64,000 nt of DNA from contig JAQGDQ010000815.1 of NCBI GenBank assembly GCA_030141605.1, forward strand, positions 1 through 64,000, given 5' to 3'. The notes under the pieces are model-generated. The model worked only from the letters and a program-made list of their open reading frames with translations. It was not told the origin of the DNA and searched no databases. A program made the position numbers and the translations under genes. Positions 24,401-38,800 of the stretch are shown in pieces. The stretch is from Tubiluchus corallicola. Lineage: Eukaryota > Animalia > Priapulida. The stretch's first letter is position 1. The number at the start of each line of letters is the position of its first letter.

Positions 24401-27400
24401 AATACATTTCTAATGACATTTTGATGATCGTTGAATGATCATGACAGCTTAGTTCACTAGTGCAGTGATTAATACAGTGCAGCCATTTTTACGGGGCAAA
24501 TTGTTCCGTACGTGTTGTGGAGATCGCTGGCATCTATTAGAATTAAATAGAACATTGTAGAATGTTCCGTTGGAATAATCGTCTTATCTTGTAGAATGTT
24601 CTAGAAAGAAACGTCTAGAATGTTCCCTGGCACCCTATATAAGGTGAAGCGACAGACACGCGCTGATTCACACGGACGTATACTTACACATTCTCTTGTA
24701 TACTTGTATTTTCAGATACACTTAAACGTTTTCCAGATTTGCACGTGTAATCATTTCGCGTTCCTTCATACTTTTGTGTTGTAGAATTCTCACTTAATAA
24801 ACTAGTTTAATTTGATGAAGTGTTTTCTGGTTTTCTCTACGAGCCTCTCGAGAGAAACAAAACACAACAGCAACCAGAATTCTCGCTTAATAAACTAGTT
24901 TAATTTGACGAAGTGTTTTCTGGTTTTCTCTACGAGCCTTCCGAGAGAAACAAAACACAGCAGTACTTTTGCATTTCTTGACTTTCTAATTTTCTGACAG
25001 TATCAGCACTGCCACTGTTATCAGTTATAATTCTTCTATTCTCTCATAAAGCATCACTTTTTTTCTGTAAAGGTACGTAACACATGCATTGAAAGGGAAA
25101 GAGAAGATTCACACATGCATAGTAGCTAAATATATTCAATACAGATATTTTATTGTTTTTTATTTGATTTCGTAATCTTCAGAGTAAAATACACGAGTGA
25201 CAAGGCAGTTGAAAAGTGAAATAAAATAATAAAGGACTACTACAAAGACAGTAGGGGTGAGCATTCTCTATAAGAAAGCGAATTCGAATCGAACCGAATT
25301 CAAATCGAACCGAATTTCAGTGTTTCGAATTCGAACCGAATTCGAATTGAGATTGAACGATTTTCGAACAAGTTTTCGAACCACCAGTAAAAATTAGTCT
25401 TACAAAGATCATGCATATCACTAGATTTTGTTCTGCAATAAAACGACTAGTAATTTGTTTAAAGTTGTGCACAGAAATCACAGCTAAATTATGGTAATTG
25501 CATGTTGTTTCAATCGTTTTAATGATCAGGAACATATGTGATTGAAGTGCTGAATTATTCGAATCTATAGTTTTGGATTCGAATCGAATTCGAACTAAAA
25601 AAAACTCGTTCGAATCGAATTCGAGCGTTCGATGCTAACCCCTAAAAACAGTGAAAATTAAAACAAAGTGATGATAATGATATAAGAAGAAGATTACGGT
25701 AAAAAACACAAAGAACTAAAATAGCTCCTTACAAGTGTCTGTTAAAAAGTAAAAATTCGCTAAAATCAGCAAGACATAGCCGGTTTTTACATAATTTTCT
25801 GTTGTCGACATTTACAGTTTGAGCATGTGGTGGTAGTGCATTCCATAAACTTACAACTCTGTTGCTGAAGAAATGTTTAACCCTTTCAGTCCCAAATGAT
25901 TTTTTTAATGAGAATAATAGGCTTGGTACTTTTGTTCAGTATGTCCATCTTGTTTACACATAATAATCATTTTTTCTACCTGTGCCCGCGTGCTAAATAT
26001 AGCCTGTATCCCACGGGATACATTGGGATTCAATGGAAGCATAAAATGTGCTTCATTTTGCAACTGCTGATAATTTTTTAAAGTATTTAAGACATTTAGT
26101 ATTCATGCTATGCTGATCTGTACGAAGTCGTCTCTAAAGTACTGTACCTTGCGCAGTTTTTTATGCTACGTAGATTTTCTAGTTTGCCATTTTATCACCA
26201 TTTTTAGTCTATTGTTATTGGCTTAAATCAAAATAACTATTAACAGATCAAATAACTGTCAGTTTTAAAATTTTATTAATTTTACAGGCAGAAAATATTC
26301 TCGTATCCCATGGGATACAACGGGTATGAAAGGGTTAAAGCAATTAAGTGAGCTTTTTTCACTTGTAATTTCAAATGGTGACCCTTGTAATATTTGTAAA
26401 TGATGCAGAATTGAAAAAAAGGGTTCACTTAAGATTGATATGTCACCATGAATTTTGTTATAGCACATAGTTAGATATCGTATTAGTGGAGACTAGAATT
26501 TTTTGCATGTACTGTTTACACAAACAATGATTATTTAGAGGGTTAGTATCATGAAATAAGCTTTCATAATGGTGCATGTGTGCAGCTAGGACCGGATTAT
26601 GACCTTTAGTGCTCCTAGGTCAATGGGGTTCTTCCAGACGGATCTAACTCGCTTGCACCCGTGCTGAATAGCTTTTTCTTGTGCTGAATATCTATATTTT
26701 ACATAATTTGAAATAGACTTATTGCAAATTCTTTAGATAAACTAGAACACTTATGGTTTGTTTGACATTAAAATTTTCCTTAAAAAATACCATTATTTTG
26801 CTGTTTATTGCAAACCAAATTTGTATAGGTTTTACATGTCAAATGCAGACCTGCGTTAACTCAAATGTAGATTTAGGTAATTCAAATGTGTCTTGGTAAC
26901 TCAAATGTAGACTTTGGTAGTTCAAATGTGTTAACAATGGTTTTCAAGAAATATTAAGCGTTTTTAGTAAGTCAAATGTAGACACCTGTCAAGTCAAATG
27001 TGACATTGGTATCTCAAATGTGGATAGGTGTTAAAGTTTAATTAAGTAAAATTTAATCTCCTTTAATTTCAATTTAATAATTGCTCTTAAGTTAAAATAA
27101 CAACGTTATAGGTCAACTAATAGTTGCACTATCTTTGGTTTATCTTTTTCTAATTTGCACTTAAATAACTTAATTACCGATTTATTCAAAGTACCGCATC
27201 TACGTTTGACTTACCTAAGTCACCTTTGAGTTACCAAAACACACTCGAAATTCCTATGTCTACATTTGACTTACCTAAGTCACATTTGAACTTTCCTGTG
27301 TCTACATTTGACTTGCCTAAGTCACATTTGAGTTACCAAAACACACTCGAAATTCCTATGTCTACATTTGACTTACCTAAGTCACATTTGAACTTTCCTG

Positions 27401-30400
27401 TGTCTACATTTGACGTGTAAAACCTATAGCAGCAACAGCAGCAGTAGCAGTTTATTCACATTAGTCCTGCAAACGTTTCACAACAAAATAATAATAATAA
27501 CAATAAACATTCGTTCTACATACATCATTGACGTTAATACTATACAATGGTATTGTAGCCGAGATTGTGATCTGAATAAATTTAGTAAATCTGTAGCACA
27601 TATTTCACCACAACCGTAGTGAAAAAACAGATTTTTGCCAAGTATTACCAAGGCCTGATGGTCCCCCAAGCTAGACTGTAGCCTATTCCTGCCTATAGGA
27701 TAATTCGGCTTTCCCTGCAGTGTTTCGAGCAGGTTTTTTGATAGCGAAGTTTCACTACCCAACGTCATTACCTAACATTACTCTGTGTTCATATATGGGA
27801 TGAGGGGAGTGACGTGACTCACTCAATGTTCGATTAATATGACCGTTTACACATTTTCAATATAACAGGTTTCATCAATATAAAAGGTTTCAATCAATAT
27901 AGCAGGTTTCAACTTCCACATTATGCATCTGATACTAATTACACTGACTCAACTTTCGGGGTCTCTGACTCCACATAACGATTAAAAATGAAATTTTTTA
28001 AAAAAATTATGTAATGTAATACGTGTTATGTTAGTTTTGTAATGTCAAAAGTATAAATAGTGTAAATGTAATCAGTAAAATTTATGTAATGTAAAGCATG
28101 TTTCTGTTAATTGTTTCATGTCAAATGTATATATAGTGTAAAATATGTCATGTAAAATTTAATGTACTTTTGTAATATTGTTTTATAAAAATATTTTAAT
28201 ATGGTGTTTGTATATATGTTCATTTATTGTATATAATTAGGCCTTAGTTTTGCACTTTAGTTTTTTTTTAATATGCACTGGACGCATTTGTCTTGAACAG
28301 TGTTGTTATTTTAACATTACGCTGAGGCTTACTCAATTTTATTATAATGAGTGAACCATTTTAATGACAAATAAAGAATTAATATATATATTTTTGTATA
28401 CACTAATCGACTACTGAGAAAGTTATCCAACTCAGGGTGTGGCAGTTCGTGACACTGAGTCACAAAATTTCACCTTCATAAATTTTGCCCGACTTGTTGC
28501 AGACCTGGACTTTTGCTGATTAATGATACTACTACCCCCTTTGATTTAATGACTTTGTGGTCGTTTCTTCTCCTCTCCCTTCCTTCTTCCTATCCCTAAT
28601 CTTACTATTTTTTCCATTCCATCATGTCTACTAACCCTAACCATTCTTTTATTCACTCATCCTCTCCTCTTTTCCTTCTTCCTATCCCTAATCTTACTAT
28701 TTTTTCCATTCCATCATGTCTAGTAACCCTAACCATTCTTTCATTCACTCATCCTCTCCTCTTTTCCTTCTTCCTGTTCCTAATCTTACTATTTTTCCAT
28801 TCCATCATGTCTACTAACCCTAACCATTCTTTCATTCACTCATTCTCTCCTCCCTTCCTTCTTCCTATCCCTAATCTTGCTATTTTTTCCATTCCATCAT
28901 GTCTACCAACCCTAACCATTCTTTCATTCACTCATCCTCTCCTCTTTTCCTTCTTCCTGTTCCTAATCTTACTATTTTTCCATTCCATCATGTTTACTAA
29001 CCCTAACCATTCTTTCATTCACTCATCCTCCCCTCCCTTCCTTCTTCCTATCCCTAATCTTGCTATTTTTTCCATTCCATCATGTCTACCAACCCTAACC
29101 ATTCTTTCATTCACTCATCCTCCCCTCCCTTCCTTCTTCCACTCCCTAATCTTACTATTTTTTCCATTCCATCATGTCTAGTAACCCTAACCATTCTTTC
29201 ATTCACTCATTTGTGCTACCTTAACAAGCCAAGCTTTCAAGGTGTCATACAGCAACTCTTTTATTTGGTTAAATTGACTTCATCAACGTTTTTTTACCTA
29301 TACTGTTTCTTTTTGTTTCAATAATATTGTATGTTGATGTATTGTACATGTATTGCTGGAGTGAAATAAATTGATTGACTGAAAGACTGAATTATCCACA
29401 GTCTCTGTGAAATGAAGACTTCCGCAGGATGTGGGTAATGTAAACTTCTAGCTAGCAAGTAATTCTCTGTTTAAATAACTCATTGCGGAATTGATATTTC
29501 AACATTGGAAAGTGACTGTGTGACGTTATGCTTAATTAGGACACGCCGTCTCATCTGTTATAAATTTTCCTTTCGTTTTGAAACAGTCAGCTGACGGCTC
29601 CCACCCACCCGATCAATGCGCTGACTGTGCGGAACTCGCGGCCGGTAAAATTCCGTGACGTCATGCCATGCGCAAAGGTAGTTTTCCATTCTGAAGGCAT
29701 GGCAACAGGAGGCTGAGGATTTCGGGGGGAAATTTTATCTCTGCGCTCAGCTGCTGAGGCTGAGGCTAAAGCCGGGTTTTATCGCGTGGGCACAGATTTC
29801 GTTCAATTTTCGATAACAAACGATTGGCTTCGTTAAATATTTAGATTTTTCTTCACACGTTTTTCTCAAATGCGAAGTGGATATTTTTAAGCGTCTCTGT
29901 CACAAACGGCCACGTTTGGTTTGCAACGTTCGTCGAAGGTTTGCTAAATAAAACCAAATCGGTTGGAAAAAGTCTGATTCGTTTTCTGATTCGATAATAA
30001 TATGTTTTCAAAGTTATGTGTTTTTGTTTAAGGGACAAGAAAGGGGGCACCTGAAGTAGCTTTGAGAAAAATCGCTTTAAAAAATTATATGACTTTACAG
30101 CAATTTTATGCACATATCGTATTCGCTTCGAAAAGAATACCCGTTTGTTTTCATTTTAAATCTCCAGCAATACTGTTCCTACGGCGCCATTACGTGACGT
30201 CACTTCGTCACGTAAATCACGGGAAGAAAAGGAAATGTTAAATTATGACCCAAAAAACTTTCTGTGCAAGTCTATATTACTTAGCATTTCACTTACCTGC
30301 TGCAAAGACTTATGTAACTAAGAAATAATAATTTAAAATTTTTGTGCAAATTGGTAAAATGTCGCTGACTCAACCGCCAGGGTGCGCCACTCACTAGCCA

Positions 30401-32782
30401 AAAATGTATTTTTAATCTTATTGACAAGATACAGTAATTTAAAATTTTACTTAATTAGCAACATGTATGCTACGAATGCTCTGATTATTTTTTAAAGCTT
30501 GTTATCTAAACTCTTCCAAATGACTTACCTTCAAAATGGCTACGCCCAACGGTCTTGACGAGAGTTTAAGTTACAGCGTTTTATAAGGCGTTGCTACTAA
30601 TGCAACCACTGTATGCAATAAGACAGTATGTAAACGATATAAAATTTCAAAACGAATTTTTAAGCTTAATTTAGGAAGAGAATTTTCTTGTCCTTCGACT
30701 TGAAGCTCTTGGAGAAAAGTACTCGGCGAGGTATTTACATTACGTACAAAAAGCTTGTGTAAACATTAGTTTAAGAATATTTTTATTGAATAAGAAACAT
30801 TGCAATATTGCTTGAACAGAAAGATGTTGAACAGAATGTGTAAATATTGCCTGTACAACGAAGAGAAATACTAAAAAATACTTTGTCAACAAAGCCAGTA
30901 TTTTTTTGGCTCTGGCGTACGTGCAAAATTTCGGTTCTACCTACCTATTTCATTGGTTCCATTAATTTATTTTATTAGGACCAGCTGTTAAAGCCGTAAA
31001 TAAACTTCCATGCGCCAGTACACCTCGCTGCTAACTACGAAAATGAAATTTTATGCATTTGATGATAGCAATAAAGCCATTTAACAACTGCTAAAGAATT
31101 AACATGTGTGTGCGAGGCTGCCTTGCTAAGACTTCTGTTGAGATTGTAACTGTGTCGCTTGTTGTACCGAGTACGCGATTGTAGTATGATGTAACCCATT
31201 TAATTGTCAGTTTACTACACTATGGTACTGAATTAGTCTATGCTGCCATCTACAGTCGTTGTTTTACTCTAATTATACAAAGTCTGTCAGAGATTGATTT
31301 TTGTTTCTAAATATTCTAAATATTATTTCCTTTTGCTTTGATAGATGTTCATTAATCAGAGTAATTAGATTGTTAATTTCATGCTTTAATTCTGGTTCTA
31401 ACTCTCTTATTCAAGTTTAAATAGAGGAAAAATTGTAACATTATAACACAGCTTTCTGTAAACCAATAATCTTTATTCTGCTATCAAAGAAGCCAAGTAG
31501 ACTTTGATTTTGGTTTAACTAGTAGAGTTAGGTGACCTTTCCATTTATGGCCTGTATGCATGAATGTGATGTACCTTCAAATAGGAACTTGTATGTCTGG
31601 TCATGTGATTACAGCTTTATTCTCTCAGACATGCAAGTTTCAGTTGATCTAGAGACAACATTGAGAAAGGATGCAAATTTTCTACTGTTAAATATCGTAT
31701 TGCTAACTTTATGACTGTTTGTTCAATATTATGGTCTGTGAACATTGTGTACGTTTTACAATAAAATGATTGCAAATTTCTGCAAACTGTGTTCATTGTA
31801 AAAACCTGCTTGTCTAGTTAATGATACCTTAATTGATCATAATCTCATCACTACTTGGTAAAAATAACTTTTTTTCTCCAATCTTTTTACAACTTTTCCT
31901 ACTTAGGAGGTTTGATGAGATGCTAACATGGGTAAATTTTCAGCAAGATTAAGCTTTGGGAACACGAGTTTCCACTCATCTTAAGATTTCGGAATGATGC
32001 TCATTTGTGTAGTAATTTGACAAACTTTAAAAAAACTGATACATGCACTCCACTGAGCTAGCAATTTTCTCTGGTAGTTTGCAATGATTAATAGTTATCG
32101 TACAAAGAACTGTGACAGTTTTGCATGATAGGAAGTTGTATCTGCAAAATTTAAAAATGTGTGTATTTTATCCATATATATATATATATATATATATCCA
32201 TGTATTTTATCCCTAAGCTAAAAATAATAGTTTAAAGTATTCATGCCAATAGGTAAATGTCACCGACTCAACTCCAGGGTGCGCCTGGAGATACAGTAAT
32301 TTAAGATTTTACTTAATTAGCAACATGCCATATGTTAACTAATGCTTTTAAAATTACGCCTATATGCATTTTTCAAAAAGCTGCCGCATTGAAATGTAAG
32401 CCCCTGTGTTCTAAAAACAGTAACACTACCTTGCATTGTTTGTTTGGCATTGTGATTTCTTTATAATATCACTTGAAAATGTTCACATACATATAGACAT
32501 ACACGTATGCATATATACATACATATATACATGTATATATGTATGTATATATGCATACGTGTATGTATATATGTATGTGAACATTTTCAAGTGATATTAT
32601 AAAGAAATCACAATGCCAAACAAACAATACACGTATGCATATATATGCACGTATATATATATATGTATGTGAACATTTTCAACTGATATTATAAAGAAAT
32701 CACGATGTCAAATAAACAATGCAAGGTAGTGTTATAGTTTTTTAGAACAAATAGGGGCTTACATTTCAATGTCTATATATAC

Positions 32783-32817
<35 letters not shown>

Positions 32818-35800
32818 CGTGCGTGTGTGTGTGCGTGCGTGCGTGTGCGTGTGTATCATTTATTCGTACTTGTGGTACGAATCAACGAGCAAAATAGCAT
32901 TAATTAATTAACTCATACTCCCTCGTATTCCCAGCTAATTACGTAAACTGCTCTTTTATCAATAATTTTCTTAATACATTATTATTAACACACATGTATT
33001 ATACCGAATACCACTTACATATTTACTAATCTTACTTCCAAGTTCGGATGTATTCATTTTTGACATAACTTGTAAAGTTTTTACGCTGCTGTGACTTAAA
33101 TTTAGCCAAATTGCCCTGCAGTCAGAGGGATTTTGTAACGTAAACAAAATGTAAAAAAATTTATTCATTTATTTTGCTAAAATTGCTTTACAAGTGTTAT
33201 GTATGTAAACATAAGCTCTCGTAATTTTGAGTACCTAGTTTTCTGTTTTAGTAAACATAGTACGTACAGTTGTAATACTAATTATTATAATTCTCTGGTA
33301 TTTGTTACATTTAAACTGTGTTTCATTGCTATTAAGAATTGCTGTTATATTCTGAATTTAAGACCAGTTTTTGTTTGTGAAGATTTGAATGTTCTGTAAA
33401 GAGATGCTAGCAGTTGTACGAAATGCACTGTATCAGCACAAGGTGGTTCATTCCTCACTATGGGCGTTTTCTTTCGCCGTGCTGATTCTGCCTGTTTACC
33501 TCGTTGAGGGAGGACATATTACTTTTCAGAATGTTTATGTTCTAGTGCCGGTACACTCACCCGTATAGATTTTTGATAACTAATCACACAATTTTTCTTT
33601 TTCTAGGTCAGAATGCTTGTGAGAAGAGGTCGTACCTCTTCTTGCGGAAAGAGCTACCCGTACGGCTTGCTAACATCATGAAGGAGTTCAACTTGTTGCC
33701 TGCGTATGTGTTACGAATGCCCTCCGTGGAAACAGTGCGCAGCTGGTACGTCAAAATTACTCATTTTGCTGTTGAGTCATGTCGCCGAGTAGATAAGTGA
33801 CTCAGTCATGTTACTGAGTAGCTTGTATTGTTTGTGTATTTGTTTTACCGGGCTTGGATATACTGTGTTAAGAGTACATCGAACGTATGTACGAATGTAC
33901 CCGGAGTCACATGACTTTCTGGGGCCCCTAGACTAATGAAATTATGTACACCCCTCTCACACAGAGTCACCCTCTGACTCGCCTCCACCCGTCTTGAATA
34001 TTTTTTAATCTCGACATTTTCATAGCTTGAAGTAAACTAAAATAGCTTACTAAAATTACTAAAAAAACTAAAATAGCTATGTTTTGTTTTTTGATAAAAA
34101 CATCCTTTAAAGGACAAGAAAAGACGTACCAGAAGTAGGTTTCAGAAAAATCGCCTTAAAAAATTGTATGACTTTATAGCAATTTTTATGCGCATGTCAT
34201 ACTCGCATTGAAACAAATTTTCGTTTGTTTCCATTTTAAATCTCCCGCGCTACTGTTCCGAAATCGCCATTACATGACGTCACTACGCAAACGTAAATCC
34301 GGGGAAGAAAAGGCAATGTTAAATTATGTCCCAGAAAACTTTCCGTGCAATTCTATATTACTTAGCATTTCGCTTACCTGCTTGAGAAACTTATGTAACT
34401 AGAAAAGAAAATTTTTAATTATTTAAAATATTTTCACCAATTGGTAAAATGTTGCTGTTTCACCCTCCAGGGTGCACCACCCACTAACCAAAAACGTATT
34501 TTTAATCTTATTCACAAGATACAGTAATTTAAAATTTTACTTGCTTAGTGACGTACATTACGAATGTTCTGATTATTTTTTCAAACTTTACACAGTGTTA
34601 TCTAAACTTGTTTTAAATGACCTGTCGTCAAAATGGCTGCGTCTAACGGTCATCGCGGGAGTTTAAATTTACATGTTTTATACAGCGTGACTGCTGATTG
34701 AAGTCCTGTATGTAAAAAGGCAGTATGTAAGTGGTATAAAATTTCAAGACGAATTTTTTAAGCTTTACGTTGATGAAGGGTTTTCTTGTGCTTTAAGAAA
34801 TACCACTATTTTACTATTTACAGCAAACTAAACACACATTTCAACAGTGTAGTGAAAAAACAGATTTTTGTGCCAAATGTTACGAAAGCTCTCGGGCCCC
34901 AAAACTTGAGTTTGAATCCTATACAAGCCTTTGGGATAATTGGACCCTGGATATGCTGCATGCTTTCCAGAAATAATGCAGCTGCTAAATTTTGGTTTAT
35001 TGAAAATCTTAGTTGATAGGGAAATAATAGAGTAATCTCGAATCTTGCTGTCAGTGAGTTCGGAAGTACGGTTTCAGTTACTGTATCTTGTTTCAAACGA
35101 AAATTGCTATTTGTTTTACAAAGACGTTTTCGTTTCTTATTCGCGCGTTTTTAGATCTTAAACAAATCGAAAACGATGTTTCATCTGACAGTTTTCTCAA
35201 TATCCTGTTCGTTTTCGTTTCTTTGTTAGCCGGAAACATGCTGCTGCACGTTTTGCATTTTGAAACTGTTGCGTGTAAAAAAAACTAGTCTGCGTTGAAT
35301 GAGTTGTACACGTGTTTTAATTTGAATTTATTGTGAATAAGTTGAGCAGATGCAGGGCCTATTTCAGCCTAGGCGAGGCCCGGGGAAGTGGGGCGTGTGA
35401 GGCCCCATCGGGTTGGTTAGCGGCGAAGCGCCGGCGGCGGGTGCCACCATGGTTGGCGCCCAGAAAATTTTTGAACTGCTAGAACGCCGGAGAAGCATTT
35501 TCCAAGAGAAAATATGGAGTTATACAGTTGTTAAAGGAAAGAACATTTGAAAGAAAAACTGTTTTATTCTCAAGATCAGCTCTTAATACTTGTCAATACT
35601 GGCAAACGGCGCGCGTGCGGCAAGAGAAAGAGAGGGAGAGAGGAGGCAGTGTGTTCGTATAAAGCAAAAAAATGTTACCTTGGCGCGAGGCCCCCCAGGA
35701 GGGTGAGGCCCCGGGGATGTATCCCCACTTCACCCCCTTGAAATGGGCCCTGAGCAGATGCACAATTCACCTATGCTGCAGTTACGCCCCGTATAGCCAG

Positions 35801-38800
35801 CATCGCAGATGCAGGTGTAGTTATTAATTTCAACCTGGCAGCTACCATTAACACAAGGGTTAGTAAAACAATCGCCAGGATCTATAAGAAAATAAAAAGT
35901 AACCTTTACTGCTTGTCATACTAAAACTACATTTACTGCTGCATCGGTACTGCATCTAGAATTTCTTTGGAATAGATTGACTAGATGCATCAATTTACCT
36001 ATCTCACAGTTGCGTCCTGTGTAGCCAGGAATTGCATAAGCAAGTGTAGTTATTAACTTCATCTTGGCAGTAACCATTAACACAAGGTGGGGGGTTCAGG
36101 TAAGCAATCATCAATATCTGTGGCACAAAATTATGAAGGTAAAACAAAAATAATAATTAGCTGTTAGGCCAAAACAGCATTTACTTTCAATCTATATTTG
36201 AATTAAGTCATTTGAAATAAGTTTAGATAACATTCTGTAAAGTTTGAAAAAAAATTATCAGAGCATTCGTAACGCACATGCAACTAACTAAGTGAAATTT
36301 TAAATTACTGTATCTTGTCAATAAGATTAAAAATACGTTTTCGATTAGTGAGTCGCTCACCCTGGAGGGTGAGCCTCCACCCGTCTTGAATATTTTTTAA
36401 ATCTCGACATTTTCATAGCTTGAAGTAAACTAAAATAGCTTACTAAAATTACTAAAAAACTGAAATAGCTATGTTTTGTTTTTCGATAAAAACGTCCTTT
36501 AAAGGACAAGAAAAGGGGCACCTGAAGTAGGTTTCAGAAAAATCGCCTTAAAAATTTGTTACTTTATAGCAATTTTATGCGTATGTCATACTCGCATTGA
36601 AAGAAATTTTCGTTTGTTTTCATTATAAATCTCTCGCAATACTTTTCCGACCGCGCCATTACATGACGTCACTACGCAAACGTAAATCAGGAGAAGAAAA
36701 GGAAATGTTAAATTATGTCCCAGAAAACTTTCCGTGCAAATCTATATTACTTAGCATTTCGCTTACCTGCTAGAGAGAGTTATGTAACTAGCAAAGAAAA
36801 TTTTTAATTATTTAAAATATTTTCACCAATTGGTAAAATGTTGCTGTTTCACCCTCCAGGGTGCACCACCCACTAACCAAACACGTATTTGTAATCTTAT
36901 TCACAAGATACAGTAATTAAAAATTTTGCTCGCTTAGTGACGTGCATTTTTCTGATTATTTTTTCAGACTTTACACAATGTTATCTAAACTTGTTTTAAA
37001 TGACCTGTCATCAAAATGGCTGCGTCTAACGGTCATCGCGGGAGTTTAAATTTACATGTTTTATACAGCGTGACTGCTGATTGAAGTCCTGTATGTAAAA
37101 AGGCAGTATGTAAGTGGTATAAAATTTCAAGACGAATTTTTTAAGCTTTACGTTGATGAAGGGTTTTCTTGTGCTTTAAGAAATACCACTATTTTACTAT
37201 TTACAGCAAACTAAACACACATTTCAACTGTGTGGTGAAAAAACAGATTTTTGTGCCAAATGTTACGAAAGCTCTCGGGCCCCAAAACTTGAGTTTGAAT
37301 CCTATACAAGCCTTTGGGATAATTGGACCCTGGATATACTGCATGCTTTCCTGAAATATTGCAGCTGTTCAATTTTGGTTTATTGAAAATCTTAGTTGAT
37401 AGGGAAATAATAGAGTAATCTCGAATCTTGCTGTCAGTGAGTTCGGAAGTACGGTTTCACTTACTGTATCTTGTTTCAAACGAAAATTGCTATTTGTTTT
37501 ACAAAGGCGTTTTCGTTTCCTTATTCACGCGTTTTTAGATGTTAAACAAATTGAAAACGATGTTTCATCTGACAGTTTTCTCAATATCCTGTTCGTTTTC
37601 GTTTCTTTGTTAGCCGGAAACATGCTGCTGTACATTTTGCATTTTGAAACTGTTGCGTGTAAAAAAACTAGTCTGCGTTGAATGAGTTGTACACGTGTTT
37701 TAATTAGAATTTATTGTGAATAAGTTGAGCAGATGCAGGGCCTATTTCAGCCTAGGCGAGGCCCGGGGAAGTGGGGCGTGTGAGGCCCCATCGGGTTGGT
37801 TAGCGGCGAAGCGCCGGGGGCGGGTGCCACCATGGTTGGCGCCCAGAAAATTTTTGAACTGCTAGAACGCCGGAGAAGCATTTTCCAAGAGAAAATATGG
37901 AGTTATACAGTTGTTAAAGGAAAGAACATTTGAAAGAAAAACTGTTTTATTCTCAAGATCAGCCCTTAATACTTGTCAATACTGGCAAACGGCGCGCGTG
38001 CGGCAAGAGAAAGAGAGGGAGAGAGGAGGCAGTGTGTTCGTATAAAGCAAAAAAATGTTACCTTGGCGCGAGGCCCCCCAGGAGGGTGAGGCCCCGGGGA
38101 TGTATCCCCACTTCACCCCCTTGAAATAGGCCCTGAGCAGATGCACAATTCACCTATGCTGCAGTTACGCCCCGTATAGCCAGCATCACAGATGCAGGTG
38201 TAGTTATTAATTTCAACCTGGCAGCTACCATTAACACAAGGGTTAGTAAAACAATCGCCAGGATCTATAAGAAAATAAAAAGTAACCTTTACTGCTTGTC
38301 ATACTAAAACTACATTTACTGCTGCATCGGTACTGCATCTAGAATTTCTTTGGAATAGATTGACTAGATGCATCAATTTACCTATCTCACAGTTGCGTCC
38401 TGTGTAGCCAGGAATTACATATGCAAGTGTAGTTATTAACTTCATCTTGGCAGTAACCATTAACACAAGGTGGGGGGTTCAGGTAAGCAATCATCAATAT
38501 CTGTGGCACAAAATTATGAAGGTAAAACAAAAATAATAATTAGCTGTTAGGCCAAAACAGCATTTACTTTCAATCTATATTTGAAATAAGTTTAGATAAC
38601 ATTCTGTAAAGTTTGAAAAAAACAATCAGAGCATGCGTAACGCACATGCAACTAACTAAGTGAAATTTAAAATTACTGTACCTTGTCAATAAGATTAAAA
38701 ATACGTTTTCGGTTAGTGAGTGCACACCCTGGAGGGTGAGTCAGCGACATTTTACCAATTGGTGAAAGCATTTTAAATCATTAATAGTTTTTACATAAGT

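Larger units (their letters stand above)
33981..38740 (+). repeat. ~2.39-kb tandem duplication in PDK intron 2
   Basis: Units 33981-36372 and 36373-38740, highly similar, sharing nested TEs. Confidence 0.92.

Noticed and set aside
25252-25644. Heat-shock elements in TTCGAA-rich family E MITEs
   Set aside because: GAA/TTC units mostly lack the 2-nt spacing of nGAAn arrays; more likely subterminal transposase-binding repeats.
28568-29210. Interstitial telomere (TAACCCTAACC) and 185-aa ORF
   Set aside because: Fewer than two telomeric units per 92-bp monomer; the ORF is a translation of the repeat.
15401-33606. Nested protein-coding gene in PDK intron 1
   Set aside because: No ORF with recognisable motifs or a consistent exon chain was found; small exons cannot be fully excluded by eye.
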